From a virus, in IMG/VR virus record IMGVR_UViG_3300021365_000003: a stretch of DNA of 64,000 bases. The stretch is one strand, 5' to 3'. The notes beneath the pieces are model-generated. The model worked only from the letters and a program-made list of their open reading frames with translations. It did no database searches and was not told the DNA's origin. Shown piece after piece: positions 1-10,747 of this stretch (position 1 is the first letter of the stretch; every line of letters begins with the position of its first letter). Position numbers and translations under genes: made by a program.

Positions 1-1
1 T

Positions 2-1687
2 GATCCTAGAAAAGAATACAGAATGAAAGTTCGTGTTTTTGAAGAAGACATGGATATATACAGCGGAAGCAAATCATACGGCCCAGCGATGGACGACAGC
101 CTTTCTCTTAACGGTACCAGGGCCTCGCACCTGCCCTTCCTCCCTCCTTACGACATTGGATCGACCACAGAGGAAGAGGGTATCGAACTTGTGTTTAACC
201 CAACATCCGATAACCACAGCGTTGACTTTATTTTAGGCAATCTAACAGAGTCATTCACGATTTATGAAGACCTCAGTACTTCACCCGGCGTGTCTCTTGC
301 TTTGGATGGTCGAACAAAAATTACAGACTCTATACAACTAAACAGAAAAGTTAAAGTTGGAGACTCTTCTCGTGCTGTACCATCAGCACCCGAGTATGCA
401 ATCTCAATTCAACCAAAATGGGAATCCCCCGTATTGGATTTCAGCCACAGAACAGCATCGATTTCTGTTGCTAGTAACACTCAGGCTACTCACGTTATAA
501 CAGTTAATGGCGCTCCAGTTACAGCCGGCAAAAAATTAACAATAAGCGATGGTTTTAGCGACGTCGAATATACATTTGTCAGCGGAACACCTGGAGATTA
601 CGAAATACAAAGAACCTCCGGAACAGGCACACAGGCTCAAAACATATTAGATGCAATTTTAGTTAATAACTCTTCTATAAAATCAAACTTTACTGCAGCC
701 CGTGTTAGTAATGTGGTTACACTGACAGCTATAGCGCCCGGTAAATTTCCGTCTTTCTCCTCAAGCACAAACTTTAGCGGAATTGATATGGCATCGACCA
801 ACGGCACTGGGTTTTATAATGGATCCTCAAAAGCTGACAACTACTATGTTGGAATGTGGCATCAGTATGGCCAAATCCCAACTGGATCAGGTAGAATGGA
901 TCAGGGTATCAAGATGCAGATCACAGAACCAATCCTAACAGACACAACTGGTTCTCTAGCGGAAGCACTCGGCTTTACCAACCAGCCGGTAAAACTAGGT
1001 GAAATTGCCGACTCAAGGACTGTGAAAGAAGCCATCGTTGCTATTCCGTATACAGTTGTTGAAGGAGAAAAAAGATTATTCCCAATAAATCCTGCAGAAT
1101 TACAATCGGCCATCTCCTTTGTTAAACACGGCGGAGAACGACCAACAATAAGAGATGAGTATATCAACTTGGCCAGGAAGGGGCACGAATTTGTCCTACC
1201 ACCTAAGTATGATTTCTTTTACAATTTATTACAACCAGACAATCCCGAAGGAGTGTTACCATTCGCAATGTTTGTTTTTGACTTCAATATGAAACTCAAC
1301 AGACAAGACCTTGCGGACATTTGGCAGAACTTGCCACCAACATCAACAAGCGGCAAAAAAGATCTAACTTCTGGATTTGACAAAGAAGAAAGCATTGTAA
1401 ATGTAGCTTATGGCGAAGCAGGTTCTTGGTTCCCTGAAGGCCTCCCGACCGACACACGCTGGATGGTGTTCAAAGTCAAGCAAAGAGCTGCTTACGACTA
1501 CTACGAACAGGTAAGAAACTCCTCATTGGCGAAAGGCCTCAGAGAGAGAGTTAACGTACAAGGCGCATTCGTCGACCCGACTTATAGTTATAACTGGCCT
1601 TATGACTTCTTCTCTTTCGTGGAACTAGCCAAAATAAATACTGCTTTAGAGATAACCAACACTACCGACGTTAGTGGATCGTCATGA
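2..1687 (+). CDS. Virion structural protein, C-terminal part (frame is open to the window edge, probably 5'-truncated; first ATG at 23)
   Basis: Ser/Thr/Gly-rich beta-type sequence in a structural block; no stop in frame upstream of ATG 23. Confidence 0.55.
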   Translation, partial: DPRKEYRMKVRVFEEDMDIYSGSKSYGPAMDDSLSLNGTRASHLPFLPPYDIGSTTEEEGIELVFNPTSDNHSVDFILGNLTESFTIYEDLSTSPGVSLALDGRTKITDSIQLNRKVKVGDSSRAVPSAPEYAISIQPKWESPVLDFSHRTASISVASNTQATHVITVNGAPVTAGKKLTISDGFSDVEYTFVSGTPGDYEIQRTSGTGTQAQNILDAILVNNSSIKSNFTAARVSNVVTLTAIAPGKFPSFSSSTNFSGIDMASTNGTGFYNGSSKADNYYVGMWHQYGQIPTGSGRMDQGIKMQITEPILTDTTGSLAEALGFTNQPVKLGEIADSRTVKEAIVAIPYTVVEGEKRLFPINPAELQSAISFVKHGGERPTIRDEYINLARKGHEFVLPPKYDFFYNLLQPDNPEGVLPFAMFVFDFNMKLNRQDLADIWQNLPPTSTSGKKDLTSGFDKEESIVNVAYGEAGSWFPEGLPTDTRWMVFKVKQRAAYDYYEQVRNSSLAKGLRERVNVQGAFVDPTYSYNWPYDFFSFVELAKINTALEITNTTDVSGSS

Positions 1688-1729
1688 AAAGGCTTAAGAT
1701 CCAGATAAAGAATTACAAGGGTAACTAAA

Positions 1730-2764
1730 ATGTCATTATTCGATTCAAAACAAGAAGTAATAAACATAGAACTAACTTCATTTGGAAAAAAGAAATTAGC
1801 AGCAGGAAAGCTCAGGCCTTCCTTTTATGCTTTTTTTGATGATGGCGTTATTTATGATGGTTCTTATGCTGCCTTGACAGAAAACTCAAATGGCGAAGCG
1901 GACGATCGAGTAAGAAAAGAAACACCATACCTAAAAACAACTTATTCTATTGTTGGCGCTGACATCAAACTTAACAATACCCCAGGCGACCAAGAGCTTT
2001 TTGACACCAACCAAGTTCTTTTTGATAACATTCGCTTGTATGAAAATACTAACTTACTCAAATACGGCCTAGGAACGTCAAAAATAGGCGAAGTAACCGG
2101 ATCCCAAATCAGTGTTAGCTTTTTAGATGGCACATTAACAAATGTCCATACTGCTTCTTCCGTATACGTTTTTAAAGGCAGCACGGACGAACGTTTAAAC
2201 AAACCCCAGACAAGGCTAGTTACACAAGACTTGGACCTAACCCCTGAGATAAGAAGTTTACCAGACCCGTCGATGACAATCCCGCCAGAACTGATTGACC
2301 CAGTCAGAATAGAACCAGCTGTTGTTTCTCCAATTCTCCAAGACAACAAATACGTTTTCCTTGAGGTTGACGAGTTGCTCTTGGCGGTCGACGAACTAAA
2401 CTCTGTTGAGGCTTATGACAACTTTGAGATAAGCGTTTACAAGATCGAAACAAAAGAAGACGACAAAGAAGAGTATAAAAAACTAAACTTTAAAGCCAAG
2501 CAAAAACAAGTCAATGAAGAAGGGTTCTTGATGGATGAAGTGGAAATTTCATCACAAGATTCTATTTTAACAGAAGATGATGTTGAGTTTCATCTTGACA
2601 TACAGATAGACGAAGAAATAGACCCGGCACTACTTACTAGTAAGGTGCCAAGAGATTCACTTGGATACCCGATATTAGATGATCCTTTGATTCAGAATAC
2701 GTTTGACATAAGACGAGATGCGGATTTCTCTAGAAGAAGAGACGACGCTGGAGATCCTTGCTAA
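1730..2764 (+). CDS. Putative virion structural (baseplate/tail-associated) protein
   Basis: N-terminus IELTSFGKKKLAAG..YAFFDDGVIYD is paralogous to that of 8754..9701. Confidence 0.55.
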   Translation: MSLFDSKQEVINIELTSFGKKKLAAGKLRPSFYAFFDDGVIYDGSYAALTENSNGEADDRVRKETPYLKTTYSIVGADIKLNNTPGDQELFDTNQVLFDNIRLYENTNLLKYGLGTSKIGEVTGSQISVSFLDGTLTNVHTASSVYVFKGSTDERLNKPQTRLVTQDLDLTPEIRSLPDPSMTIPPELIDPVRIEPAVVSPILQDNKYVFLEVDELLLAVDELNSVEAYDNFEISVYKIETKEDDKEEYKKLNFKAKQKQVNEEGFLMDEVEISSQDSILTEDDVEFHLDIQIDEEIDPALLTSKVPRDSLGYPILDDPLIQNTFDIRRDADFSRRRDDAGDPC

Positions 2765-5481
2765 TGGTTATAACAACAACCGGACTCACCGGCAAAAGAA
2801 TTATTTTTGATAAGTTGTATGTTTCTGAAACGGGAACAAAAATAGATCTAAGCCTTGAAGTGCCAATTAACCAAGTTGTTGCAGGAGTAACGCTTAGCTT
2901 TCGGCTCACGACAGCGTCCCTTGACTCTGATTTAGACTATAACGCATACAAGGAAAATCAAAGCCTTCTCAAAAGAGACACTTTCCTTAAGAACATCCAA
3001 GCAAATTATGTCGACATTGATTTTTCTTTTTCAAGATCTACATTTATAAGAACGTCGTCCGGCCCATCCGGAAACACGAGCATTTATAGGCTTGGGACCT
3101 TTGACGTTCAGCATTCCGTAGAGGACTTTGCAAAAAGAAACATTTTTGCTTTTTGCACCAGTTTAAGCAACCTCACTCTTGATCAACTGGTTGGAAACGA
3201 GCTTCTTTTGAGTTCAACTTTCTTCGCCATTAAAGAAGAAGGCGCTGTGTACATTGCGGAAAATCCTGAAGTTTTAGTGATACAAACTGCTCTGAGCGGC
3301 CCTACAAGCCTATTAAGCCAAGCGCAGGAGGTCAACCCCGCAGACGATGAACTTGAACCGGCAGCGTTTTCTCAGCTGTTTCCAAGCATAAAAGATGATA
3401 GGTTTAACTTTTTATACTTTCTTGATCTAAGAAAAGTCCTAAAAAACAACTCTAATTTGTTTTCTTTATTGTCTGAAAAAGAGCAACAAAAGGCACTAGA
3501 TTCAACAGTCATAAAAAATCAATTATTTATCAAAGAAAGCAATGTTGAAACCAGAGCGCCGGAGGTTTTAAATAACACCATAGAAACTTCACAAATAGCT
3601 GATCGCACAATCTTAAACCTTCCAACCAGCGTTATTGCTTTTACCGGCGCCGACGAGATAAGAGAATACTCAAAGAACCTAAAATACAACTTTAATACAA
3701 ACATTATTTTTCTCAATGGTATTTATCCGGTTGTTGATCAGTTAATAAATAACATAACAGAAATTGAGCGCTTTAGATCCTTTATGGACGACACCTTTAT
3801 AAAGCTAGCATTTTATAATCGTGATGCCCAGACTTTTTATCTCAATGGTATACCGACAATACAAGAAGATCTTCAAAATGAGTTCAATAGCAGTGAAGCT
3901 CAAGATTATCCGGATCGCATAGATTACTTTATGAAGGTTATAGAAGAAATAATCCAAGCAACTGCAAAATTTGATTCGGCCAGCTTGAGCGCCACTATCA
4001 ACGAGACCATAATACAGTTAAGAAAACTAATCTCTTTGGGTGAAAATGCGAATACAAATGAATACTCTTTTGAGTTATTCTTTAGGTTCTTTGATAGTCT
4101 AGTGAAAGAACTTCAGCAAACTTTCCTTGGAGTTGGATTCCAGTTATCGGGCGCCTTTAGCGGTAACGGAAAGAGTGGAAGCTCAACAAACCCTGAGAAA
4201 ACTTTGATAAAAGTTAAGCACTCCTTTGGATACGAGTTTAAACCAGAAGACTATTCTTTAAGGTATTCATACATGAGTGGTGGGCCAACAACTAACTTCC
4301 CGACGATAACCCAAGGCGCTTATGGGCTTTTGATGAACGAGAATGTTCGTAAGTATTTCACAGCAGATACCCCCACTAGGTCTCCTGGGTTAGAGTCAAC
4401 AGAAAGCCGGCTTGGTCTTAAGATTGACCCAACAACGAGTTATCTTACTATCCGCTCAATAAAGAAGAGGAATGAAGTTGTCTTTGATAACACAAGATCA
4501 GTCCTTTCTTCGGAGTTATCAGAAGCCCAGGGTGCAAAGTCTAGCTATCTGGCAGCGTTAAACATCATCAAAAACAAACTGCTAGACATTAACATTGAGC
4601 GCCTCGAAGAAACATCGCCAGAAAGCCCGGCACTCAAGTCTAGCTTATACAATGCGATAAACGAAGTATACAACCTTATCTCCTTTATTCCATTCCCTTC
4701 TATTATCGACAAATCTGATGACTTTAGAAGAGAAACAACTGATTCTATCCTAGAAAGCGCAGTATCAAGTGGCGTTTTACGACCATCAGAAGACGAAAAT
4801 AACGAAATCGTAGAAGCAATCTACAACTTGGATGAAAACTTTGAAGATCTAGACGAACTAAACGCTACTATTGAAAGTAGGCTAAGCGTTCTAACCTTAT
4901 TTTTAGATTATGTTGAAAATCTAATAGAGCACCCGACTAATTACAATGCTGCACTGATAGATGCTGGTTTAAGAAATCCTGTGCAACTTTTAGAATCTAT
5001 AAGATCAATGAAGGGCACCCAAACAAGCGGCCCTGGCGGCACCCTAATTACAGAAATTCAACTGCCCTACCCTTTGTATTCACTATACGAAACACTCCAA
5101 GCAACAGAAGCTGACGGAAGAATCACCTTCTTTTGGGGTGGCGATCGGACAACTTTGCAAAACCCTCTTAATTCTTCATTGATTAGGTTTAATTTTGCAA
5201 ACATTAAAGAAATACAAGTCCTAACAGGCTTTAAAAGCTTGGAGAACGGCCAACCCGATCTTAGAAGTCCTGTTTTCGGTATAAAGCCTACAGATGAGGA
5301 TCTTGAATCAAGTGGTTTATTATTTTGTAAGATGTCTAATTATAACATAGGAAATAAAAACACTATGTGGTACTTAAATAATAGAAATTTATTAAATTTA
5401 AAGTCAGAAACGGAACACTTTTTTATAGACAGTGATGAAGCTGGAACTGTTATCACACCTGATGAACCATCTGCAGGATAA
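2764..5481 (+). CDS. Large hypothetical protein, probably virion-associated
   Basis: About 905-aa ORF; ATG 2764 is coupled to the upstream stop (TAATG); no catalytic motif seen. Confidence 0.5.
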   Translation: MVITTTGLTGKRIIFDKLYVSETGTKIDLSLEVPINQVVAGVTLSFRLTTASLDSDLDYNAYKENQSLLKRDTFLKNIQANYVDIDFSFSRSTFIRTSSGPSGNTSIYRLGTFDVQHSVEDFAKRNIFAFCTSLSNLTLDQLVGNELLLSSTFFAIKEEGAVYIAENPEVLVIQTALSGPTSLLSQAQEVNPADDELEPAAFSQLFPSIKDDRFNFLYFLDLRKVLKNNSNLFSLLSEKEQQKALDSTVIKNQLFIKESNVETRAPEVLNNTIETSQIADRTILNLPTSVIAFTGADEIREYSKNLKYNFNTNIIFLNGIYPVVDQLINNITEIERFRSFMDDTFIKLAFYNRDAQTFYLNGIPTIQEDLQNEFNSSEAQDYPDRIDYFMKVIEEIIQATAKFDSASLSATINETIIQLRKLISLGENANTNEYSFELFFRFFDSLVKELQQTFLGVGFQLSGAFSGNGKSGSSTNPEKTLIKVKHSFGYEFKPEDYSLRYSYMSGGPTTNFPTITQGAYGLLMNENVRKYFTADTPTRSPGLESTESRLGLKIDPTTSYLTIRSIKKRNEVVFDNTRSVLSSELSEAQGAKSSYLAALNIIKNKLLDINIERLEETSPESPALKSSLYNAINEVYNLISFIPFPSIIDKSDDFRRETTDSILESAVSSGVLRPSEDENNEIVEAIYNLDENFEDLDELNATIESRLSVLTLFLDYVENLIEHPTNYNAALIDAGLRNPVQLLESIRSMKGTQTSGPGGTLITEIQLPYPLYSLYETLQATEADGRITFFWGGDRTTLQNPLNSSLIRFNFANIKEIQVLTGFKSLENGQPDLRSPVFGIKPTDEDLESSGLLFCKMSNYNIGNKNTMWYLNNRNLLNLKSETEHFFIDSDEAGTVITPDEPSAG

Positions 5482-5486
5482 AAATT

Positions 5487-8400
5487 ATGACTATTTCACA
5501 ACAACTTTATAACGCAGCAACTGTTTTTGATTTAAGCCTTAAAAAATCGGGCGGTCTTCCTCGTGGTCCAGTTACCGGAGAGATAGGCTTCGAAGCGTCA
5601 GATGTTTTCCGTTATCTAACCGGCCTAGCTAGGTATAAAACAACGCCGTTCGATGTTGGAGGAGCTAAGATCGGTAACATAGCCAACATACTTGAGGACG
5701 ACTCCCGAGTAACAATTGATGATGTTAATAACAGTATAAAATTTGAAGAAGAATTTCAGGTCGAATACCGCATACCTTTTTGGAAGATTGAGTTTATCGA
5801 CAACCAGGTTGTACGACCGGTCAGCATGCCTTCCTTTGGCCCAGATGAACGATCTTTATTTTATGAATCTTTTCAAGACATTAGATACTATTTTCGAGGG
5901 ATAGATTGGGTCAAGATTTTCCTTAGCCCTGAAGTTTTCAATGAGTTTTTGGATACTGGCGAACTTGGCGGGCCTCTGTATACCTCCGAAGAGGCGGCGC
6001 TGGCGAGTGACGGCCACGGAGGTCGGCGGTCTGGAGGAGCTGTAGAAAGACTGACAATGGAAGCTTGTGAAAGAACAATCCAGATGCTTATGGATCCAAA
6101 AGGTGAAGAGGACCCCACGTCCGGTCCAATAAGATTTATGAGAAGGGCACGCTCTATGACCTACCCTCCCTCCTCTCCTGCGCCGGTGAGCCTTTCGTAT
6201 ACAGACCTAAGCATTAACACCACAATTCAGGCCGAATCAAACATAGCCATAGATGGAAATTATAACTTTTTGTCTAGAGAGTTTGAATTTGGACCACTCG
6301 CACCCGCAAATCGTTTCTATACAGGGTTTGAAGAAAGCTTAATGCCATCAAGTTATCTCTTTAGTGTGATAAAGAATTTTGAGAACCTATTAGACGTCTT
6401 TATGACGAGGCGCCCGGTCACCGGATCCGAGGCCGAGTCCCTCAACCGCTTTCTGCGCAGCCTGCGATTACACATAGCTGCTCTAAAAGACGAGTTGTTT
6501 TTTGGTGAATTTAAATTGGAGCCCTATACTAATGATAGGATGTCCTATAAGACCTCCCCAACGACAGAGCTTTACAACAAGTTCGGTGTTTCAGTCAAGA
6601 ACCTTACAGGTGAACAGTTTGACACTGCTTATGGCGAAGAAGAAGATCAACAAAAAAGAAGGCTAATCTTAATTGATCCCGCAATTTTAAAAGAAAATAA
6701 TTTTCAATCACTTTTCCCGTTTAATAATAGAATAGAAATCACAGATAGAGCAGATCCCTATCGGTATCTAGATATTGCAGGTGTCGACTACCGAGAGGTT
6801 ACTAGAAATTCTTTATTGAGGATCCTAGATGAATACAGCTTAAAAACAGACATAATACTTAATCTAATGGACGGAGTGGTAACTCCGGCCGATGGTATAA
6901 TAACGTCAAATGCCAAGTCTCTCTCTATCACTACCAATTCATCAGAACGCCCGACACCAATAACCTCTACAAGGTCAGTAAGAGAGTTTGATTTTAAAGA
7001 AGTTTTCAATAACTCATCACAACCATTTGTTTTCAATCCGTTTGCACCCTTCCTGGACCCTCGTGACGCCTCAACCTCATACCCCACTCAGGGAACAACA
7101 GTATTTCAGCTAGGCGAAATCAGTCAAAAGTTTACAACCCCTTATTTAAGTGGCGTCAACCTAGGGGGCTATCTTGAAAACGGCTCGGACGGCGCCCGTG
7201 ATAGGCAATTCTTTCTTGATTTTCAGGACACTATTAGAAGCTTATCAGAAGATGCGATCCCAAGCTTAAAAGAAATGTTCTTATCAGAAAGGGGTAATTA
7301 CCATGAAGTTCTTGCCTACCGAGTAATCAAAGAAAACATCTCGACAGGGGCAATACAACAATTTTTTATTAGCAACGGACCAGAAGGGATTACAGAGTTT
7401 TTTGACACACAAGTTAAGCCAAACCAAGAGTATAATTATACTTTATCTGCACTAATGTTTGTCATTCAAAACAGCTATAGATACCAGTTGGCCGAGTCGT
7501 TTGGGTTTGAATACAACGTTCAAGTCGACAGAAGAAGCAAAAGACCCCCCATCAATAACGGCTTAAACGATTTTTTCCTAGGAGCAAAAATAAGAACTAG
7601 GCAACAGCCAAAAATAATAGAAGTTCCTTTGACTTCCGAAAACTCCGTTCTAACAGACGCACCGCCAGTTAGGCCAAATGTCGATTTTTATCCAATGAAA
7701 GGCTTTAATGATCGAGTTAAAATCAGAGTTTCTTCGATGAATTCAACAGAACACGCAATGCCTGTGATAATCGAGGAAGGAGATAGAACTTTATTTCGAA
7801 AAATAATGCAGTCTCAAGGAGTGGCGTTAGGCGGAAAGATAAGATTCCACTCAGACGAAACTCCAGCAGCCTTTGAAGTATTCAGGTTAGATCGAAAACC
7901 AGAAACAATTAAAGACTTTGTTGCAGGAAAAAGGGTTATAAGAAGTGTAACCTCTGAAGACCTAAGCACAGATGGTACTTCCTTTATGGACAGTATAATC
8001 CCTAACACAGATTACTACTATCTTTTTCGGACCTTGGACTTTCACGGAAACATTTCTAACCCAACTGAAGTATTTAAATTTACCATAATTGATAACGATG
8101 GTGCACTCCAACCTTTACTTACTACATTATCTCTTAAAGAAATGTTTGGCTCCCTTAAGAGTGATGGTCTATTTTTAAAAACTAAGAAAGGCGGCTCTTC
8201 GAAAAGTGTAAGAAGGTTTATAAAAATCAGACCTAACACTCAAGAAATTTCTTTTATTCCTGGGCAATTTAATGAAAAAACATCAGCTCAAATTTCATCA
8301 GTAGAACTCGGTAGAGACGGTCTCAAAACTAGAAACAATATTATCGATCAAAGATATATGCTTGAGTTAAAGTCTAAAAAAACAGGCAAGTCAATCTTTG

Positions 8401-8687
8401 TTGAATTTAAATATACTCTAAACGATTTTAACATTGCAACAGAAGAAAGAAGAACTATGGTGCCGGATACTGTCACAGAGCAAGACATACAAGATGCTTT
8501 AGCTAGAAGAAATGAAGGCGACGTCAGCAGAAGGGGCGAGGATGAGTTTACACCCCCTAGTCTGCCTGGATTTCCTGCATTCACCCCTGAAGACTTAGGT
8601 ACCATCGGTCGCCTTACAGACGCCCGAGCCCGGTTTGAAGAGGGTGATAACCTCCCCGGAACGTACTCAGGGACCGAGGATGAATAG
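5487..8687 (+). CDS. Large hypothetical protein, probably virion-associated, with fibronectin-III-like segments
   Basis: 1066 aa; segments FFDTQVKPNQEYNYTLSA and FMDSIIPNTDYYYLFRTLDFHGNISNPT resemble FN3 strands. Confidence 0.5.
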   Translation: MTISQQLYNAATVFDLSLKKSGGLPRGPVTGEIGFEASDVFRYLTGLARYKTTPFDVGGAKIGNIANILEDDSRVTIDDVNNSIKFEEEFQVEYRIPFWKIEFIDNQVVRPVSMPSFGPDERSLFYESFQDIRYYFRGIDWVKIFLSPEVFNEFLDTGELGGPLYTSEEAALASDGHGGRRSGGAVERLTMEACERTIQMLMDPKGEEDPTSGPIRFMRRARSMTYPPSSPAPVSLSYTDLSINTTIQAESNIAIDGNYNFLSREFEFGPLAPANRFYTGFEESLMPSSYLFSVIKNFENLLDVFMTRRPVTGSEAESLNRFLRSLRLHIAALKDELFFGEFKLEPYTNDRMSYKTSPTTELYNKFGVSVKNLTGEQFDTAYGEEEDQQKRRLILIDPAILKENNFQSLFPFNNRIEITDRADPYRYLDIAGVDYREVTRNSLLRILDEYSLKTDIILNLMDGVVTPADGIITSNAKSLSITTNSSERPTPITSTRSVREFDFKEVFNNSSQPFVFNPFAPFLDPRDASTSYPTQGTTVFQLGEISQKFTTPYLSGVNLGGYLENGSDGARDRQFFLDFQDTIRSLSEDAIPSLKEMFLSERGNYHEVLAYRVIKENISTGAIQQFFISNGPEGITEFFDTQVKPNQEYNYTLSALMFVIQNSYRYQLAESFGFEYNVQVDRRSKRPPINNGLNDFFLGAKIRTRQQPKIIEVPLTSENSVLTDAPPVRPNVDFYPMKGFNDRVKIRVSSMNSTEHAMPVIIEEGDRTLFRKIMQSQGVALGGKIRFHSDETPAAFEVFRLDRKPETIKDFVAGKRVIRSVTSEDLSTDGTSFMDSIIPNTDYYYLFRTLDFHGNISNPTEVFKFTIIDNDGALQPLLTTLSLKEMFGSLKSDGLFLKTKKGGSSKSVRRFIKIRPNTQEISFIPGQFNEKTSAQISSVELGRDGLKTRNNIIDQRYMLELKSKKTGKSIFVEFKYTLNDFNIATEERRTMVPDTVTEQDIQDALARRNEGDVSRRGEDEFTPPSLPGFPAFTPEDLGTIGRLTDARARFEEGDNLPGTYSGTEDE

Positions 8688-8723
8688 CAAAAAACCAACA
8701 CAATGGTATAATTTAATTTAACA

Positions 8724-8733
8724 ACTATTTATA
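8724..8733 (+). promoter_or_regulatory. Putative late promoter motif ACTATTTATA
   Basis: One of 9 intergenic ACTATTTA copies upstream of structural genes; followed by AAGGAG RBS. Confidence 0.7.
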
Positions 8734-8753
8734 GTAAGAAAAGGAGTTTATGC

Positions 8754-9701
8754 ATGGCATTTTTAGACAATTCAGGCGACATCATACTCGATGCAGTCCT
8801 AACAGACGAAGGGCGACGACGCCTAGCAGAAGGAAAAGGAACATTTAGAATCACAAAGTTTGCTTTAGGCGACGATGAGATCGATTATGGCCTCTATGAC
8901 AAAACCGCAGTAACAGCCGATGCCGATCTGGAAATTCTTCAAACTCCTATCTTTGAAGCATTCACGAACAATGGCTCGTCAATGAAGTCAAAGATTATAA
9001 CAATCAACAATCCAAACTTGCTTTACCTACCAGTCATCAAGCTTAATACTACCGATGACAGAGGCACGGTCTTAACCAACTTTGGCCAGGACACGTTCCT
9101 AGTCCCTGTCGATAAAGCAACAGATGATCTGTTTACTGCATCCGCCTCAAATGTCGGTGTTATCCGTTCACCAGCCGATGGTGAGCTTCCTGAGACTTTT
9201 GGAGCCTTTATCAGGTTGGACCAAGGCCTGGACACTACTGCTATCAGTCCTGGCGCCGGCCTATCATCAGATCTTAGAGAAGATACATTTATAATTGAAA
9301 TGGATAACCGCTTAGGCACATTGATTTCTGGCATGGGAAGCTCCACCCCGTCAGAAAAGACCCCAAGCAACGTTGACGATGACGATATTGCAACTTATAT
9401 GGCGAGTGCAACAACAGACAGGAACTTTATTGAGGCTATAAGAAACACAACTACCTCTGCTGGCCAGGTTATCAGCGGCCCAAGAGGTAATTTGCTTCAG
9501 TTCCGTGTGAGGCCAAAAATTGATCTAGCAGAATCAGATTACTATTTTGATTTATTTGGTTCTTCTCTAAATAGCCAGACTATTAATGGGATCGACGGAA
9601 CGAAGAACGTTAAATTTATTGACTCTTTTGTTACCGTTTATGGCGCATCGACCGGCTACATGGTCCAGGTACCAATTAGATTCTTTAGAGTTACTTCATA
9701 A
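8754..9701 (+). CDS. Virion structural protein (baseplate/tail-associated)
   Basis: LDAVLTDEGRRRLA..FALGDDEIDY N-terminus; late motif and RBS upstream. Confidence 0.65.
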   Translation: MAFLDNSGDIILDAVLTDEGRRRLAEGKGTFRITKFALGDDEIDYGLYDKTAVTADADLEILQTPIFEAFTNNGSSMKSKIITINNPNLLYLPVIKLNTTDDRGTVLTNFGQDTFLVPVDKATDDLFTASASNVGVIRSPADGELPETFGAFIRLDQGLDTTAISPGAGLSSDLREDTFIIEMDNRLGTLISGMGSSTPSEKTPSNVDDDDIATYMASATTDRNFIEAIRNTTTSAGQVISGPRGNLLQFRVRPKIDLAESDYYFDLFGSSLNSQTINGIDGTKNVKFIDSFVTVYGASTGYMVQVPIRFFRVTS

Positions 9702-9720
9702 TAAATAAAAGAGAGAAAAA

Positions 9721-10746
9721 ATGGCATCAACATTTAAAACATTCGGTCCGGACGATCAGGCAGTAACAACGACAAACCTACATGAGGTTATTCCGATTAC
9801 TGGTACTATTGTATCCGGAACTTATTCTGACAACAACATTAAAAACTATTCTCATGGTATGTTCCAATCTGTTTATGATTATCCCTACCTAAGCTCTTCA
9901 GCGAATCATATTTTTGATATAACCGTTGGCTACTCTGCGAATTCATCATTATCTGGCGCTGCTAGTACTCAGAACGCTAAGAAAATAAACATCTATAATC
10001 AATTTGCAAAAGTCTTAGTTCAGCCGGATACTACTGGATCAATTCAGGAGTTTGATCAAGACGGCAACATATCAGGCGGCGGCACGAAAATGAAAGAATG
10101 CTTCTTTTTCCCCTTCTCACGCTTGCTCGTCAAGGATGAAATTAAAAAAGGCTCATTTGAAATGACTGCTTTTTTGAGTGGCGCTTACACTAGTTTGTTA
10201 GGAGCTAGCACTGTTTATGATGCCGGCGCTCAGAATAACTATAAAGTTAACTCGCCTGCTGGAGAGTATGGCTTATTATACACCAACTCAGCCGGTACGG
10301 GTGATCCAATTGGCCACGTTTATTATCAAGCTGGAATCTCTGTATTGACAGCTAGCATCTTTAAGCTCCTTGCCCAGCCCGCCGGCTTTAATGCTGCCGG
10401 TGAAACCGTTGATGCAGTTTTAAGCGGCTCATCAATAACCGGCTCAACTGATGGCTTTAGACACAGACTTAAGAACGTTCAGTTTAACAACACAACGGAA
10501 CTCAACTCAAGTATCTATTTCTGTCGAGCAGGGTCTAGTGAGTTTAACTATTCATCAAACCCAACATATCTATCTGGCTCGCAAGTTGTTATGAAAAACA
10601 GCAGAACGGATACCCCTGCGTCTTATGTTACTTCAATCGGCTTATACTCATCAGATAACGTACTTTTGGCCACTGCGAAAGTCTCAGAGCCGCTTAAAAA
10701 AGACCCAACAAACGAGCTTACATTACGAGTCAGACTAGACTACTAA
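9721..10746 (+). CDS. Virion structural protein with tail-collar/fibre-attachment-like C-terminus
   Basis: C-terminal FNYSSNPTY..YVTSIGLYSSDNVLLATAKVSEPLKK..RVRLDY. Confidence 0.6.
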   Translation: MASTFKTFGPDDQAVTTTNLHEVIPITGTIVSGTYSDNNIKNYSHGMFQSVYDYPYLSSSANHIFDITVGYSANSSLSGAASTQNAKKINIYNQFAKVLVQPDTTGSIQEFDQDGNISGGGTKMKECFFFPFSRLLVKDEIKKGSFEMTAFLSGAYTSLLGASTVYDAGAQNNYKVNSPAGEYGLLYTNSAGTGDPIGHVYYQAGISVLTASIFKLLAQPAGFNAAGETVDAVLSGSSITGSTDGFRHRLKNVQFNNTTELNSSIYFCRAGSSEFNYSSNPTYLSGSQVVMKNSRTDTPASYVTSIGLYSSDNVLLATAKVSEPLKKDPTNELTLRVRLDY

Positions 10747-10747
10747 A